A stretch of DNA of 64,000 nucleotides from Calditrichia bacterium (lineage in GTDB: Bacteria > Calditrichota > Calditrichia > JAJRVZ01). Position numbers and translations under genes: made by a program. The notes beneath the pieces were generated by a model. It was not told where the DNA came from. It searched no databases and saw nothing but the letters and a program-made list of their open reading frames with translations. This document shows, piece by piece, positions 46,267 to 57,156 of the stretch (position 1 is the stretch's first letter; every line of letters begins with the position of its first letter). The stretch is taken from contig CAVZSQ010000022.1 of NCBI GenBank assembly GCA_963777955.1, positions 288,001 through 352,000 on the forward strand, written 5' to 3'.

Positions 46267-47682
46267 ATGGTAACTAAAAAGTCAGTTCATTTTACAGATC
46301 AGGAAATCGATCGGCTTAAAATAAAAATTTTAAAAAAAATGGATAAAAAAGTTTTTTCTCCCCGCTACAAGGGTAAACCGGATATTTGTAGTATAAAATT
46401 TTCTGTTAAACCGGTAGACCCCCTCCACTGGCTGCAGGCTCAGTCTATTCATCCTAAAATTTACTGGTGTGACCGGAAACAGGATTTCGAATTGGCGGGT
46501 ATCGGCCAGGCTGATCTGATCAGCAGTCGCGCAGTTACTGATCTGTCCAAAATGTTTAACTCCGTACGCAAATCCATAGCACTGGCCGGCAAATCGATCC
46601 GCTATTTTGGCGGCATGTCTTTTGATATTCACGGTAAAAATGAACGCTGCTGGAATTCGTTCGGTAATTTTTATTTTCTGCTGCCCCGTTTTGAACTAAT
46701 CAAACAACGCGGGCAGACCTCGCTGGTGATAAATTTTCACTTTGCTGATCAGCAGGATTTTGAATTGCAGCGTCAAACCCTGCCGGAGGATCTGGAACGT
46801 ATTGTTTCTCGGTTTAGCGGAAAAACTGAAAAAATTCCGCAGCTGCTTAACTGTGAATTTAATCCCGGCCGGACTCATTGGAATAATATGATCAGGATGG
46901 CCCTGAATGAGATTGAAGGGGGCTGCTTTGAAAAAATCGTGTTGGCCCGCCAGTCCAAATTTGAGTTTGCCGCCCCGCTGAATGCTTTTACCCTGCTGCA
47001 GCAACTGCAGCAACTCGATCCCGCTAATGTATATTTTTATCTGCAACCGCAGGCAGATACCTGTTTTATCTGCGGGACGCCGGAGTTACTCTATGCCAGG
47101 CAGGGTAGAAATATCAGCAGTGAAGCCGTGGCCGCTACCCGCCTGCGTGGCAAAAATGGACAGGAAGAGCAACGATTGGAACAGGAATTATTAACCAGCC
47201 CCAAAGATATAAAAGAACACTGGTACGTGCTGAAGAGTCTGAACGATCGTTTAAATCCGCTCTGCCAGCGTCTTGCACAACAGGGTAAAACAACGGTTTT
47301 AAAACAAGCCCGCATTCAACATTTATATGCTCAATTAAAAGGGGTATTAAAACAAAATATCTCTGATGATACGATTATTCTGAATTTACACCCGACACCG
47401 GCCGTAGGCGGTTATCCTACCCAACCGGCCCTGACCCGCCTGAAAACACTGGAACCCTTTGATCGAGGCTGGTATGCCGCGCCGGTGGGCTGGATCGGCA
47501 GCCAGTCGGCTAAATTTGTGGTCGCCATCCGTTCAGGCCTGATTTGTGCGAATCAGCTGGTCTTATTCAGTGGAGCCGGAATTGTCAGAGGATCGCAGGC
47601 GCAAGCGGAATGGAATGAAACCAATAATAAAATTGCCAGTTATTTAAAAGTTCTCAGAATCAAAGAAGATATTAATTCTTAA
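46267..47682 (+). CDS. menF: Isochorismate synthase
   Basis: KIVLAR, GTPELL, KDIKEH, LHPTPAVGG, DRGWYAAPVG, VAIRSG, GAGIVRGS. Confidence 0.94.
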   Translation: MVTKKSVHFTDQEIDRLKIKILKKMDKKVFSPRYKGKPDICSIKFSVKPVDPLHWLQAQSIHPKIYWCDRKQDFELAGIGQADLISSRAVTDLSKMFNSVRKSIALAGKSIRYFGGMSFDIHGKNERCWNSFGNFYFLLPRFELIKQRGQTSLVINFHFADQQDFELQRQTLPEDLERIVSRFSGKTEKIPQLLNCEFNPGRTHWNNMIRMALNEIEGGCFEKIVLARQSKFEFAAPLNAFTLLQQLQQLDPANVYFYLQPQADTCFICGTPELLYARQGRNISSEAVAATRLRGKNGQEEQRLEQELLTSPKDIKEHWYVLKSLNDRLNPLCQRLAQQGKTTVLKQARIQHLYAQLKGVLKQNISDDTIILNLHPTPAVGGYPTQPALTRLKTLEPFDRGWYAAPVGWIGSQSAKFVVAIRSGLICANQLVLFSGAGIVRGSQAQAEWNETNNKIASYLKVLRIKEDINS

Positions 47683-47766
47683 TCACCGAGATATATACTA
47701 TTCGCTGTTGTTTTTTTAGATCAGATCAAATAAATTTAGGTCGCATTCATATATTTTTGATTTGGA

Positions 47767-49521
47767 GTGGCGATTCATAAAACTAATCTAAACCTGCTCT
47801 GGGGTGATTTGATCATCGCAGAACTGACCCGCGCCGGAATCAGTTATTTCTGTATTTCACCCGGTTCCCGTTCCACTCCGCTAACGGTTGCTGCCGCCTC
47901 AAATAAAAAAGTTCAGACTGTTATCTGTTACGATGAACGGGCTGCGGGCTTTCAGGCCCTCGGTTATGCCCGGGCCGCGGGTAAACCGGCAGTGCTGATC
48001 TGCACTTCGGGTACCGCCGTGGCCAATTATTATCCGGCGGTAATTGAAGCTCACCAATCAGTTTTACCGCTGATCATACTCAGCGCCGACCGGCCTCCGG
48101 AACTGAGAGCCACCGCTGCTAATCAGACTATCGATCAGGTCAAAATGTTCGGGAATTACCTGAACTGGCAGTTTGATCTGCCCTGCCCGGATGAAAAAAT
48201 TCCTGTCGCCAACCTGTTAGCGCTGGTGGACCAGGCGGTCTACAGAACTTCCCGTTCACCGGCCGGGCCCGTACAGATTAACTGCATGTTTCGCGAACCG
48301 TTCGAACCCGATCATCAGAAAATCTCGGCTGAATATATCGCCAGCGCCGAGAAGTACCAGCGCAACAAGCAGCCACTAACAGTATACCATCAGCCACAAT
48401 CAGTACCCGCAGACGCGGATTTGACCGGACTGCAGACGAAACTGCAAAGTTCTGAACGGAATCTGCTGGTGCTGGGACGGTTAAGCGGACCCAAATCGAA
48501 CGATCATATGCTTGAACTGATTCATAAACTCAACTGGCCGGTCATTGCGGACATTACCTCGGGATTACGGGCTTCCATCTCCGAGCGATTACGCCTGAAT
48601 TACTATGATCAACTATTGTTAAGTAAATCTTTTCAACAGGAATTAAAACCCGAGCGTGTTTTGCATTTAGGCGGACCGCTGACCTCTAAACGTTATGCCG
48701 CCTTTATCAGCGAGCTGGCAGTAGCTGATTATATACAGGTGGGAAATAATCCCTACCGCCAGGATGCGCAGAATGTTGTAACTGAACGTTTTGAATGCGA
48801 TCTGAATGAGTTCTGTTTCCGTTTGATTTCCCTGCTGCAGTCCGGCCAGGACCAGTCAAGGGTAAAACGTTTAAAACAGTATGATCAGAAAGCAGAGCAG
48901 CTGCTCGCTGGATTTATTAATTCTCCAAAAACCATTTCTGAGATCGGAGTAGCCTATCTGATCGCCCACCATATTCCCCCCGCTTACGGATTGTTTCTGG
49001 CCAACAGTATGCCGATTCGCGATATGGATATGTTTGCCTGTTTTAAATCGACCGGTGTATCGATTGCAGCCAACCGCGGGGCCAGCGGCATAGATGGCAA
49101 CCTGGCCTCGGCCTGCGGCTACGCCGCAGGATTATGCTGGCCGGTGACCGTGCTCATCGGCGATCTGGCCCTGATCCATGATCTGAACTCCCTGGAACTG
49201 GTCAGAAAATTAAACGTACCGCTGATCATCATCGCCATCAATAATCATGGCGGCGGGATCTTCTCGTTTTTACCGGCAGTAAAATTTTCGCAGATCTTCG
49301 AATCGCACTTCGCCACCAGCCATGATCTTGGTTTCAAACCAGCTGCCGAAATGTTTGGTCTAAACTATTACCGGCCGGTCACCAATGCGCAGTTTATCGA
49401 AATCTATCAGCAATGTCTGCAGAACGGAAAAGCGGCATTCATCGAGATTATCACCGACAGGGCAAAAAATCTGGAAGAGCATCAGGAGATACAAAAACAA
49501 TTCAGACTTATAACCGCGTAA
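47767..49521 (+). CDS. menD: SEPHCHC synthase
   Basis: SPGSRSTPL, DERAAGF, TSGTA, ADRPPEL, ANQTIDQ, NRGASGIDG, GDLALIHD, NNHGGGIF. Confidence 0.96.
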   Translation: MAIHKTNLNLLWGDLIIAELTRAGISYFCISPGSRSTPLTVAAASNKKVQTVICYDERAAGFQALGYARAAGKPAVLICTSGTAVANYYPAVIEAHQSVLPLIILSADRPPELRATAANQTIDQVKMFGNYLNWQFDLPCPDEKIPVANLLALVDQAVYRTSRSPAGPVQINCMFREPFEPDHQKISAEYIASAEKYQRNKQPLTVYHQPQSVPADADLTGLQTKLQSSERNLLVLGRLSGPKSNDHMLELIHKLNWPVIADITSGLRASISERLRLNYYDQLLLSKSFQQELKPERVLHLGGPLTSKRYAAFISELAVADYIQVGNNPYRQDAQNVVTERFECDLNEFCFRLISLLQSGQDQSRVKRLKQYDQKAEQLLAGFINSPKTISEIGVAYLIAHHIPPAYGLFLANSMPIRDMDMFACFKSTGVSIAANRGASGIDGNLASACGYAAGLCWPVTVLIGDLALIHDLNSLELVRKLNVPLIIIAINNHGGGIFSFLPAVKFSQIFESHFATSHDLGFKPAAEMFGLNYYRPVTNAQFIEIYQQCLQNGKAAFIEIITDRAKNLEEHQEIQKQFRLITA

Positions 49522-49525
49522 ATCA

Positions 49526-50339
49526 GTGCACAAGCAGAAATATCATTTCAATTATGTTCTGGTTGGCGATCCGCTCCGTCCGGTAATTGTTCTGCTGCAT
49601 GGTTTTCTGGGCTCGATTGCCGACTGGCGGCAAATGCTGCTGGAATTCAGTTTGGACTATTATTGTCTGGCAATTGATCTTCCCGGCCATGGTCAAACCC
49701 GGGTTGAAGGTGACGAATCCCTATACACAATTCCCGGGTGTGCAGCAGGTATCATCGAGCTGCTTGACAAACTGGAGCTCAACCAGGCAATCTTGCTGGG
49801 ATATTCAATGGGCGGGCGTCTGGCTTTGTATCTGGCGGTACACTATCCAGAACGCTGCTCCAGGCTGGTTATCGAATCCACCTCACCTGGTCTGCCCAAC
49901 GCCGTGGAAAAAAAGGAACGCTGGCAGGAAGATCAGAAACGGATTGCTGAACTGGAACAGGGGGATATGCAGAAATTTGTTAAAACCTGGTATGAACAGC
50001 CGATCTTTACAGTCTTTGCAGCGTCATCCTCAATTTGCAGAGTTGCAGCGCAGGCGTGGTCAGAATGATCCGGTTAAAATCGCCCGCAGTTTGCGGGGCA
50101 TGAGTGCCGGTAAACAGAAATCACTATGGAATAAATTAAACGAAATCCCTTTACCCATCATGATGCTGGTCGGTGAATATGATCCTAAATATAAAAAGAT
50201 TGGTACGGAGATGAAACAACGGTGTCCGGCGCTGGAGTTGAGAGTGGTCGAAAATTGCGGCCACCTGATCCATTTTGAAAATCCTCAACTGTATGCGCAT
50301 TATATCAGACAATTTTTAGAGGCACCGCAACATTCGTAA
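49526..50339 (+). CDS. menH: SHCHC synthase (alpha/beta hydrolase); one frameshift near 50010
   Basis: LHGFLGS, DLPGHG, GYSMGGR, WYEQPIF; second frame has VGEYDPK and CGHLIHFE. Lies between menD and menB. Confidence 0.9.
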
Positions 50340-50351
50340 GGAGGACAGGAC

Positions 50352-51173
50352 ATGGCTGCCATCCAATGGCACGAAGCCGGTAAGTATACCGATATTAAAT
50401 ATCATAAGGCTGCAGGAATTGCCAAAATAACTATCAACCGTCCGCGGGTACGCAATGCCTTTCGCCCACTGACCGTCGCAGAAATGATGCAGGTATTAGA
50501 AGATGCCCGTAATGATAATAAGATCGGGGTTATCATTCTGACCGGAACAGGGCCCGCTGCTTTTTGTTCCGGCGGCGACCAGAAAATCCGCGGTGCTGCC
50601 GGGTACGTGGATGAACAGGGAGTACACCGCTTGAATGTACTGGATTTTCAGCGGCAGATCCGCACCTGCCCGAAACCCGTTATCGCCATGGTGGCCGGTT
50701 ACGCTATCGGCGGGGGACAGGTACTGCAGGTGATGTGTGACCTGACCATAGCAGCGGAGAATGCGATATTCGGGCAAACCGGTCCGCGGGTAGGTTCCTT
50801 TGACGGCGGTTACGGAGCAAGTTACCTGGCCCGGGTTGTCGGACAGAAAAAAGCGCGGGAGATCTGGTTTTTGTGCCGCCAGTATAACGCCCAGCAGGCT
50901 CTGGAGATGGGATTGGTAAATGCTGTTGTTCCCCTGGAACGATTGGAACAGGAAACAATTCAGTGGTGCCGTGAAATCCTGGCCAATTCACCCATGGCTG
51001 TTCGCTGCCTGAAAGCGGCGCTGAATGCCGACTGCGACGGTCAGGCCGGCTTGCAGGAATTAGCCGGGAATGCCACAATGTTATTCTACATGTCCGAGGA
51101 AGGGCAGGAAGGGCGTAATGCCTTTGTGGAAAAAAGAAAACCGGATTTTTCGAAGTTTCCGAAGAGGCCATAA
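50352..51173 (+). CDS. menB: 1,4-dihydroxy-2-naphthoyl-CoA synthase
   Basis: [38 protein letters not shown]. Confidence 0.97.
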   Translation: MAAIQWHEAGKYTDIKYHKAAGIAKITINRPRVRNAFRPLTVAEMMQVLEDARNDNKIGVIILTGTGPAAFCSGGDQKIRGAAGYVDEQGVHRLNVLDFQRQIRTCPKPVIAMVAGYAIGGGQVLQVMCDLTIAAENAIFGQTGPRVGSFDGGYGASYLARVVGQKKAREIWFLCRQYNAQQALEMGLVNAVVPLERLEQETIQWCREILANSPMAVRCLKAALNADCDGQAGLQELAGNATMLFYMSEEGQEGRNAFVEKRKPDFSKFPKRP

Positions 51174-51261
51174 TCAAAGGACAAAGGGACAAAGGGACAA
51201 CCCACCCCACACCCCTCCCTTTCAGCCAACAGGTTGAAAGGGAGGGGCTGGGGGAGGGTAA
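51174..51261 (+). repeat. Composite island: GGGACAAA tract and CCCCTCCC hairpin element, 3' of menB
   Basis: AAAGGACAAAGGGACAAAGGGACAA, then stem CCCCTCCCTTTCA (51212-51224) with TGAAAGGGAGGGG (51235-51247). Confidence 0.75.
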
Positions 51262-51279
51262 CCGAGAGCAAAAACAAAA

Positions 51280-52161
51280 ATGTACACAAGTATAAATATC
51301 TGGTTATCCGCAGCCCGGCCAAAAACACTGTGGGCTTCAATTGCCCCGGTCATCATCGGCACTGCCATGGCCTGCAGTTATGGAATGGTTAACTGGCTGA
51401 CCGCTGTTGTAACGCTGCTCTCGGCTATGTCGATCCAGATTGCCACGAATTTTGCCAATGACTATTATGATTATATGCATGGTGTTGATACCCGGGAACG
51501 ATTGGGACCTGTGCGCGCCACGGGTAGTGGCCTGGTCCTGCCGCAGCAGATGAAATGGGCTTTTATCTTGACCTTTATCCTGGCTTTTATACTTGGCCTG
51601 TACCTGATTTACCAGGGTGGCTGGCCCATACTGATCATTGGCCTCTGCTCGATCCTGTTCGGAATATTGTATACCAGCGGACCATATCCGCTGAGTTACA
51701 ACGGTTTGGGTGATATCTTTGTATTGATCTTCTTCGGACCCGTGGCCGTGGGCGGAACTTATTATTTACAGACATTACAAATTACCTGGCCGGTAATACT
51801 GGCCGGATTTTCGCCAGGTCTGATCTCGACTGCTTTGCTGACAGTAAACAATCTGCGCGATATCCATACCGACCGGAAAAGCGGGAAAAGAACTCTGGCA
51901 GTTCGTTTCGGAGAAAGATTTTCCCGCCTGGAATATGTTCTGGCCATATTTATGGCCTGTATTATTCCTGCAGTATTGATCTTCCTTGAACCCGGACATA
52001 AGTATGTTCTCGGAACAAGCCTGGTCTTCATCCTGGCTTTACCTTCGATTAAAGCGGTTTTATTCCGGGAGATTGATAACAGGTTGAATCTGGTCCTGGC
52101 TAAAACCGGCGTACTATTATTGTCATACAGCATTATTTTTTCCCTGGGCTGGATTATTTAA
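51280..52161 (+). CDS. menA: 1,4-dihydroxy-2-naphthoate prenyltransferase
   Basis: ARPKTL, NFANDYYD, GVDT, NNLRDIHTD, GKRTLAVRFG. Confidence 0.96.
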   Translation: MYTSINIWLSAARPKTLWASIAPVIIGTAMACSYGMVNWLTAVVTLLSAMSIQIATNFANDYYDYMHGVDTRERLGPVRATGSGLVLPQQMKWAFILTFILAFILGLYLIYQGGWPILIIGLCSILFGILYTSGPYPLSYNGLGDIFVLIFFGPVAVGGTYYLQTLQITWPVILAGFSPGLISTALLTVNNLRDIHTDRKSGKRTLAVRFGERFSRLEYVLAIFMACIIPAVLIFLEPGHKYVLGTSLVFILALPSIKAVLFREIDNRLNLVLAKTGVLLLSYSIIFSLGWII

Positions 52162-52204
52162 ACATCACCCGGATAAAAATTAACACGGTCAGACAGGTTG
52201 GAAA

Positions 52205-53705
52205 ATGTCACAATCGGCACTGGCAGTTTCAAGCATCTGTGAAAAATACGCAGCGGAAACAGCGCTCCGCTATAATAATCGCGACATCACTTACTGTGAG
52301 TATCATGAATGGATTTTAAAAGCAGCAGCCGGATTAAAACAGGCCGGAATCAAGAAAGGTGACCGGGTAGCGCTGCTGGCGGAGAATTCGTTTCATCTTG
52401 CTCTGTTGATTTTTGCCCTGTTCAGCCTGGGCGCCGTGGCGGTACCGGTGAATTTCAGATTTCCACTGCAGCAGATCAAGGCAATGCTTCGTTCCATCAA
52501 TTGCCGCCGGGTATTTATATCAAAAAAGTTCGACCGCAAATTTGCCGGTATGGCCTTGCCGGTAATACAAATAGAAAAGTTTATCACAGAACTTAAGCAG
52601 ATCGGTTCGCCCGCAGGAGTGATAAATCTGAAACTGGATCAGGCAGCGACGATCATGTTTACCTCCGGCAGCAGCGGGCACCCCAAGGCCGCCCTGCTTA
52701 CCATCGGAAATCATTATTATAATGCACTGGGTTCCAATGAGCATATCCGTTTAAAACCGGGTGATCGCTGGCTGCTGGCTTTGCCGCTGTTTCATGTGGG
52801 CGGACTGGCGATCCTGTTCCGGACTTTTCTTTCCGGTGCGGCCAGTGTGCTGATGCCCGGAAATGCAAATCTGGCAAAAGTAATCCCCAGGCAGAATATC
52901 ACTCACCTGTCTCTGGTTCCGGCACAGTTATACCGGCTTCTGGCTGAACAACATATGACTAAGTTTCTGCCGCACCTGAAAGCAATTCTGCTAGGCGGCG
53001 GACCGTCGGCAGAAACCCTGATCGAAGAAGCAGTCGGGAAACATTTACCCCTCTATCTAACCTACGGTCTGACCGAGACGGCCTCGCAGGTAGCCACTAC
53101 CAAACAACTGTTGAGCAGTAACAGACCTGACCATAGCAATGCCGGACGAATTTTATTATATCGCAAGTTGAAAATAAATAAACAAGGGGAGATACTGGTC
53201 AAGGGATCAACCCTGTTTAAGGGTTATATAAGGAATCAGCGGATGTACTTACCGCTCGATAGAAACGGCTGGTTCCATACCGGCGATCTGGGTAAGATCG
53301 ATTCACGGGGTAATCTGCTTGTGCTGGGACGCAAAGATAACATGTTCATCTCAGGGGGTGAAAATATATATCCCGAAGAAATTGAACGGATTTTGAGAGA
53401 GATAAAGGGGATAGCAGATACACTGGTAGTGCCGGTGCCGGACAAGGAGTTCGGCCAGCGGCCAGTGGCCTTTATAAAGTCAGACTAAAGGTGCAAAGAT
53501 AGAAGCGCAACAGTTACGGACCTGTTTGCAGAAAAAAATTGCCCGATATAAAATTCCAATATTCTTCCTGCACTGGCCAAAGAATTATGCTGCCTGGAAA
53601 CCACAGCGTAAAGATTTTATGATTATGGCCCGGACTACTTTAATCTTTGATAAAATTTCTGGAGTATATAGAATGCCTTCTTTTTCTCGCCGCGGCTGGA
53701 AATGA
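52205..53705 (+). CDS. menE: o-succinylbenzoate-CoA ligase; frameshift near 53488, 3' end approximate
   Basis: FTSGSSGHPK, LPLFHVGG, TYGLTE, WFHTGDLG, GRKDNMFISGGENIYPEE, FGQRPVA. The next frame continues IARYKIP..WKPQRK and overlaps the convergent gene. Confidence 0.92.
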
Positions 53706-55470
53706 GTCCCTTGCGGTTCCAATAATCCTGGATATGGGGCAAAGGCCGGCGCGGCGAACGGAAATCGGTCAGGATCCAGGGGGTCGTTCCACGCAGGAAG
53801 GTTATTTTTTTAAGCATGGCCAGTTGATGTTTGTACAGATCTTCCTGATACTCCTCGCTCCACCTGGTTAATTCATCTCCGTGTAATTCATAAAGGGCAT
53901 CGGCACCAAACTCGCTCATGATCAATGGTTTGTCATAAATTGTCCGCCATTCTATCTGATCGGCCCGTTCCGGCAAACCCTCATACCAGCCGATATATTC
54001 ATTGCAGCCGAGCACATCAAGAAATTGTCCCAGGGGATCATCGATTATCCGCGTGGTCTTATCGCTGTAATGGCTCTCCAGGGCGGCAGTGATTAACCGG
54101 CCAGGATCGAGGCTTCTGGCCTCGCTAGTCAGTTCCTTAAGAAATTTAAGGCGGGCAGCACTGAGCGGTGTTTCATTGGCCATGGACCATAGAATAACAG
54201 CAGCCCGGTTACGGTCGCGGGAAATTATTTCATTCAATTGGCTTTTAGCCAGATTTAAGGTAGCATTGTTCTCCCAGGAAATGGTCCAGTAAACCGGTAT
54301 TTCTTCCCAGACCATCATGCCCAGTCGATCGGCTAAACGGATAATATGTTCGTTATGCGGATAATGTGCCAGGCGGATAAAGTTGCAGTTTAATTCTTTG
54401 GCCCAGCCGAGTACTATCCCGGCATCATCAGCGCTCCAGGCCCGGCCTCCCCGCAGCGGAGCCTCTTCATGTAAACAGATTCCGCGTAGAAAAACAGACT
54501 GGCCATTCAATAAAATATCAGGACCTTTGGTTTCAATCCGGCGGAATCCGATCTGGTCATGCAGAGTATCGGTTTCGCTGAATATCAAAACGGTATAAAG
54601 TTTTGGATCGGCAGGCGACCACAATTTTAAATCTTTAACCTCCAAATCAATATTTCCAACGCCCTGCTCGTTGCTGGTACATACATGATCAATACCAGCT
54701 TCGGGAATTCTGATTTTAACCTTTTGAATTTTATTAGCGCCATCAATTTTAACCCAGCCGCTTATATTTTTTGTAGATCCTTTACTCAGCTGGATAAAAT
54801 AATCCTGAATGAATATCTGCGGTACTTCAATTAGCATCACCTCACGGGTAATTCCTCCGTAGTTCCACCAATCGGTCATTACCGTAGGTATACCATCGGT
54901 CCGGCGTTTGTTATCAACCTTCACGATCAGGAAATTATCTTTGGGACGGAGTTTAGCGGTGATCTCGAAATTAAATGGTGTAAATCCCCCCTCATGCCTG
55001 CCGATTTTCTCACCGTTCAGATAAACCTCGGCTATATAATTCACTGCACCAAAATAGATAAATACCCTTTTAGCAGATTGTACGCTGTAATCAAATGATT
55101 TTTTATACCAGACAGTTCCTTCGTAGAAGAACAGCTCCGCTCGTTGGGAATTCCAGTCAGCCGGGACCTGCAGTTCTATGGATTTATCAAAATCGTATTC
55201 AATCAGGTCACTCTTATTTTCAGGTTTTTGATTTTTGAAATAGCCATCCCGGCGAATCTGATAGCGGTAATCGTAGTACCCTGCTTCATAAGGATCGATA
55301 ATTACCTGCCAGTTGCCATTCAGACTGGTTATGTGGCGCCCTTCAATATTAGTTAACAGACCTCCGGCGGCGGAGGTGTCCTGTGCTTGAGAATGTACCG
55401 CAGTAATGAGAAATAGCAGAAAAACAAATCCAGGATTAAGAATCTTTGGTTGGTAAGAAGTAGAAAACAT
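53635..55470 (-). CDS. uidA: GH2 beta-glucuronidase with signal peptide
   Basis: GGFTPF, DWWNYGGITR, RLAHYPH, acid/base WSMANE, nucleophile MSEFGA and the NxKG motif (WNRKG) typical of glucuronidases. Confidence 0.88.
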   Translation of the reverse strand: MFSTSYQPKILNPGFVFLLFLITAVHSQAQDTSAAGGLLTNIEGRHITSLNGNWQVIIDPYEAGYYDYRYQIRRDGYFKNQKPENKSDLIEYDFDKSIELQVPADWNSQRAELFFYEGTVWYKKSFDYSVQSAKRVFIYFGAVNYIAEVYLNGEKIGRHEGGFTPFNFEITAKLRPKDNFLIVKVDNKRRTDGIPTVMTDWWNYGGITREVMLIEVPQIFIQDYFIQLSKGSTKNISGWVKIDGANKIQKVKIRIPEAGIDHVCTSNEQGVGNIDLEVKDLKLWSPADPKLYTVLIFSETDTLHDQIGFRRIETKGPDILLNGQSVFLRGICLHEEAPLRGGRAWSADDAGIVLGWAKELNCNFIRLAHYPHNEHIIRLADRLGMMVWEEIPVYWTISWENNATLNLAKSQLNEIISRDRNRAAVILWSMANETPLSAARLKFLKELTSEARSLDPGRLITAALESHYSDKTTRIIDDPLGQFLDVLGCNEYIGWYEGLPERADQIEWRTIYDKPLIMSEFGADALYELHGDELTRWSEEYQEDLYKHQLAMLKKITFLRGTTPWILTDFRSPRRPLPHIQDYWNRKGLISSRGEKKKAFYILQKFYQRLK

Positions 55471-55526
55471 GAGTCACCTTTCAGAATTTATCACTGCCAT
55501 TTGTAGATCATTATCAGAAATAGTAT

Positions 55527-56900
55527 TTATTCCTCTTCATTCTTTTCAGGTGCTTCTTCTTCATAATCCGCTTCTTGCGTATCCCCGGTCTGCAGCAATT
55601 TGGCGGCTTCCCGTGCCGGTAATTCCTGTACATTTTGCAATTTGCGGGCGATGGCCCTGGATCTTACCCCGGCGTTTTCGACCACATTACTGGCTTCCTG
55701 CAGTTTCTTTTTGGTCCTTTCCAGAATATCGCCGAATTTTCCAAATTCCGTTTTTATGGCTGCCAGTAATTCCCATACCTCGCTGGATCGTTTCTCGATG
55801 GCCAGGGTGCGGAATCCCATTTGCAAACTGTTCAGCAGGGCCGAGAGGGTAGTAGGGCCGGTTACCACCACCCGGTATTCGCGCTGCAAGGTTTCAAAAA
55901 GTCCTACATCGCGCAGTACTTCGGCATACAGACCTTCGATGGGTAAAAACATAATAGCGAAATCAGTGGTAGCAGGCGGGTCGATGTATTTATCGCGTAT
56001 ATTACGGGCAGAAAATTTGATTTTTTTGGCCAACTCTTTCTGAGCTGACTCCACACCATTGACATCAGCCTGATCATAGGCTTGCAACAGGAGTTGGTAA
56101 TCCTCAATGGGAAATTTGGCATCAAGCGGCAGCAGCACTCCTTTATCATCATCTTTTCTACCGGGCATTTTTATGGCAAATTCGACAAATTCATTACTGC
56201 CGGATTTGGTCTTTACATTTTTCAGATATTGATCGGGAGTCAATAACTGCTCAAGAATATTTTCCAGCTGATATTCTCCCATCACGCCCCGTGTTTTGAC
56301 ATTGGTCAGCACCTTCTTCAAATCGCCCACTCCGCTGGCCAGGGCATGCATTTCCCCCAGTCCCTCCCGAACTTTTTCCAATCGTTCGCTGACCAGATTA
56401 AAGGATTCGGATAATCTGTGTTCAAGGGTCCGGTGTAATTTTTCATCAACGGTTTCGCGCATCTTTTCCAATTTCTGGCTGTTATCCTCCTGCAGTTTCT
56501 GCAGGCGAACCTCCACCGTTTCACGGATCTTTTCCAGCCGTTGTTCGGTGTTCTTGGTCAATTCATTCTGCCGGGCGACCAGATCATCAAATTTCTGTCG
56601 CTGCAGATCGTTGAATTCCCGCACGTTGGTTGAAAAATTCTCAGAAAACGATTGCAGGGAGTGGGACATTTCTTCCCTGTTTTCTCTGGCGATGGTATTA
56701 GTTTCAGCGCGAATTCTTTGAAAGTCAGTCTGAATGGATTGCCCGATCTGGTTGAGATTATTATCGAATATACCGATGGTTTTTTTCAGATCTTCGACAA
56801 ATCCGGTACTGTTAATTTTAGCATTCCGGAAAGATATCCACAGATTAATGGCCAAAAGAATAATAAGTAAGATACTCAGCCCCAGTAAAACTTCGAGCAT
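55527..56900 (-). CDS. rmuC: DNA recombination protein RmuC
   Basis: N-terminal TM and coiled coil, KTRGVMGE, PLDAKFP, KYIDPP.TTDFAIMFLP.EGLYAE, GPTT. Confidence 0.95.
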   Translation of the reverse strand: MLEVLLGLSILLIILLAINLWISFRNAKINSTGFVEDLKKTIGIFDNNLNQIGQSIQTDFQRIRAETNTIARENREEMSHSLQSFSENFSTNVREFNDLQRQKFDDLVARQNELTKNTEQRLEKIRETVEVRLQKLQEDNSQKLEKMRETVDEKLHRTLEHRLSESFNLVSERLEKVREGLGEMHALASGVGDLKKVLTNVKTRGVMGEYQLENILEQLLTPDQYLKNVKTKSGSNEFVEFAIKMPGRKDDDKGVLLPLDAKFPIEDYQLLLQAYDQADVNGVESAQKELAKKIKFSARNIRDKYIDPPATTDFAIMFLPIEGLYAEVLRDVGLFETLQREYRVVVTGPTTLSALLNSLQMGFRTLAIEKRSSEVWELLAAIKTEFGKFGDILERTKKKLQEASNVVENAGVRSRAIARKLQNVQELPAREAAKLLQTGDTQEADYEEEAPEKNEEE

Positions 56901-57156
56901 GCGCCTGGATCCCTGATTTAAGTGATGATGAAAAACAATATAAATTCGCCTTATATTACTTTTATCATTTTAGAAATACAAGGAATATGTCGGAGAAAAA
57001 ATAGTAAAAATCAGGCCAGGTGCTCTGACTAATATCACTGTTTTTTATGATTAAAATATGTATAATTAATGAAAGGCCAATCTTACTAAGGCAATTGACG
57101 ACCTGCTATTGGTCGAATCAGGTAAAACTGGCATTGTAATTCTGGAAATACCATAT

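Noticed and set aside
4342..53488. Programmed ribosomal frameshifting in split genes
   Set aside because: Too many unrelated genes are affected and there is no shared slippery motif or stimulator; sequencing error is simpler.
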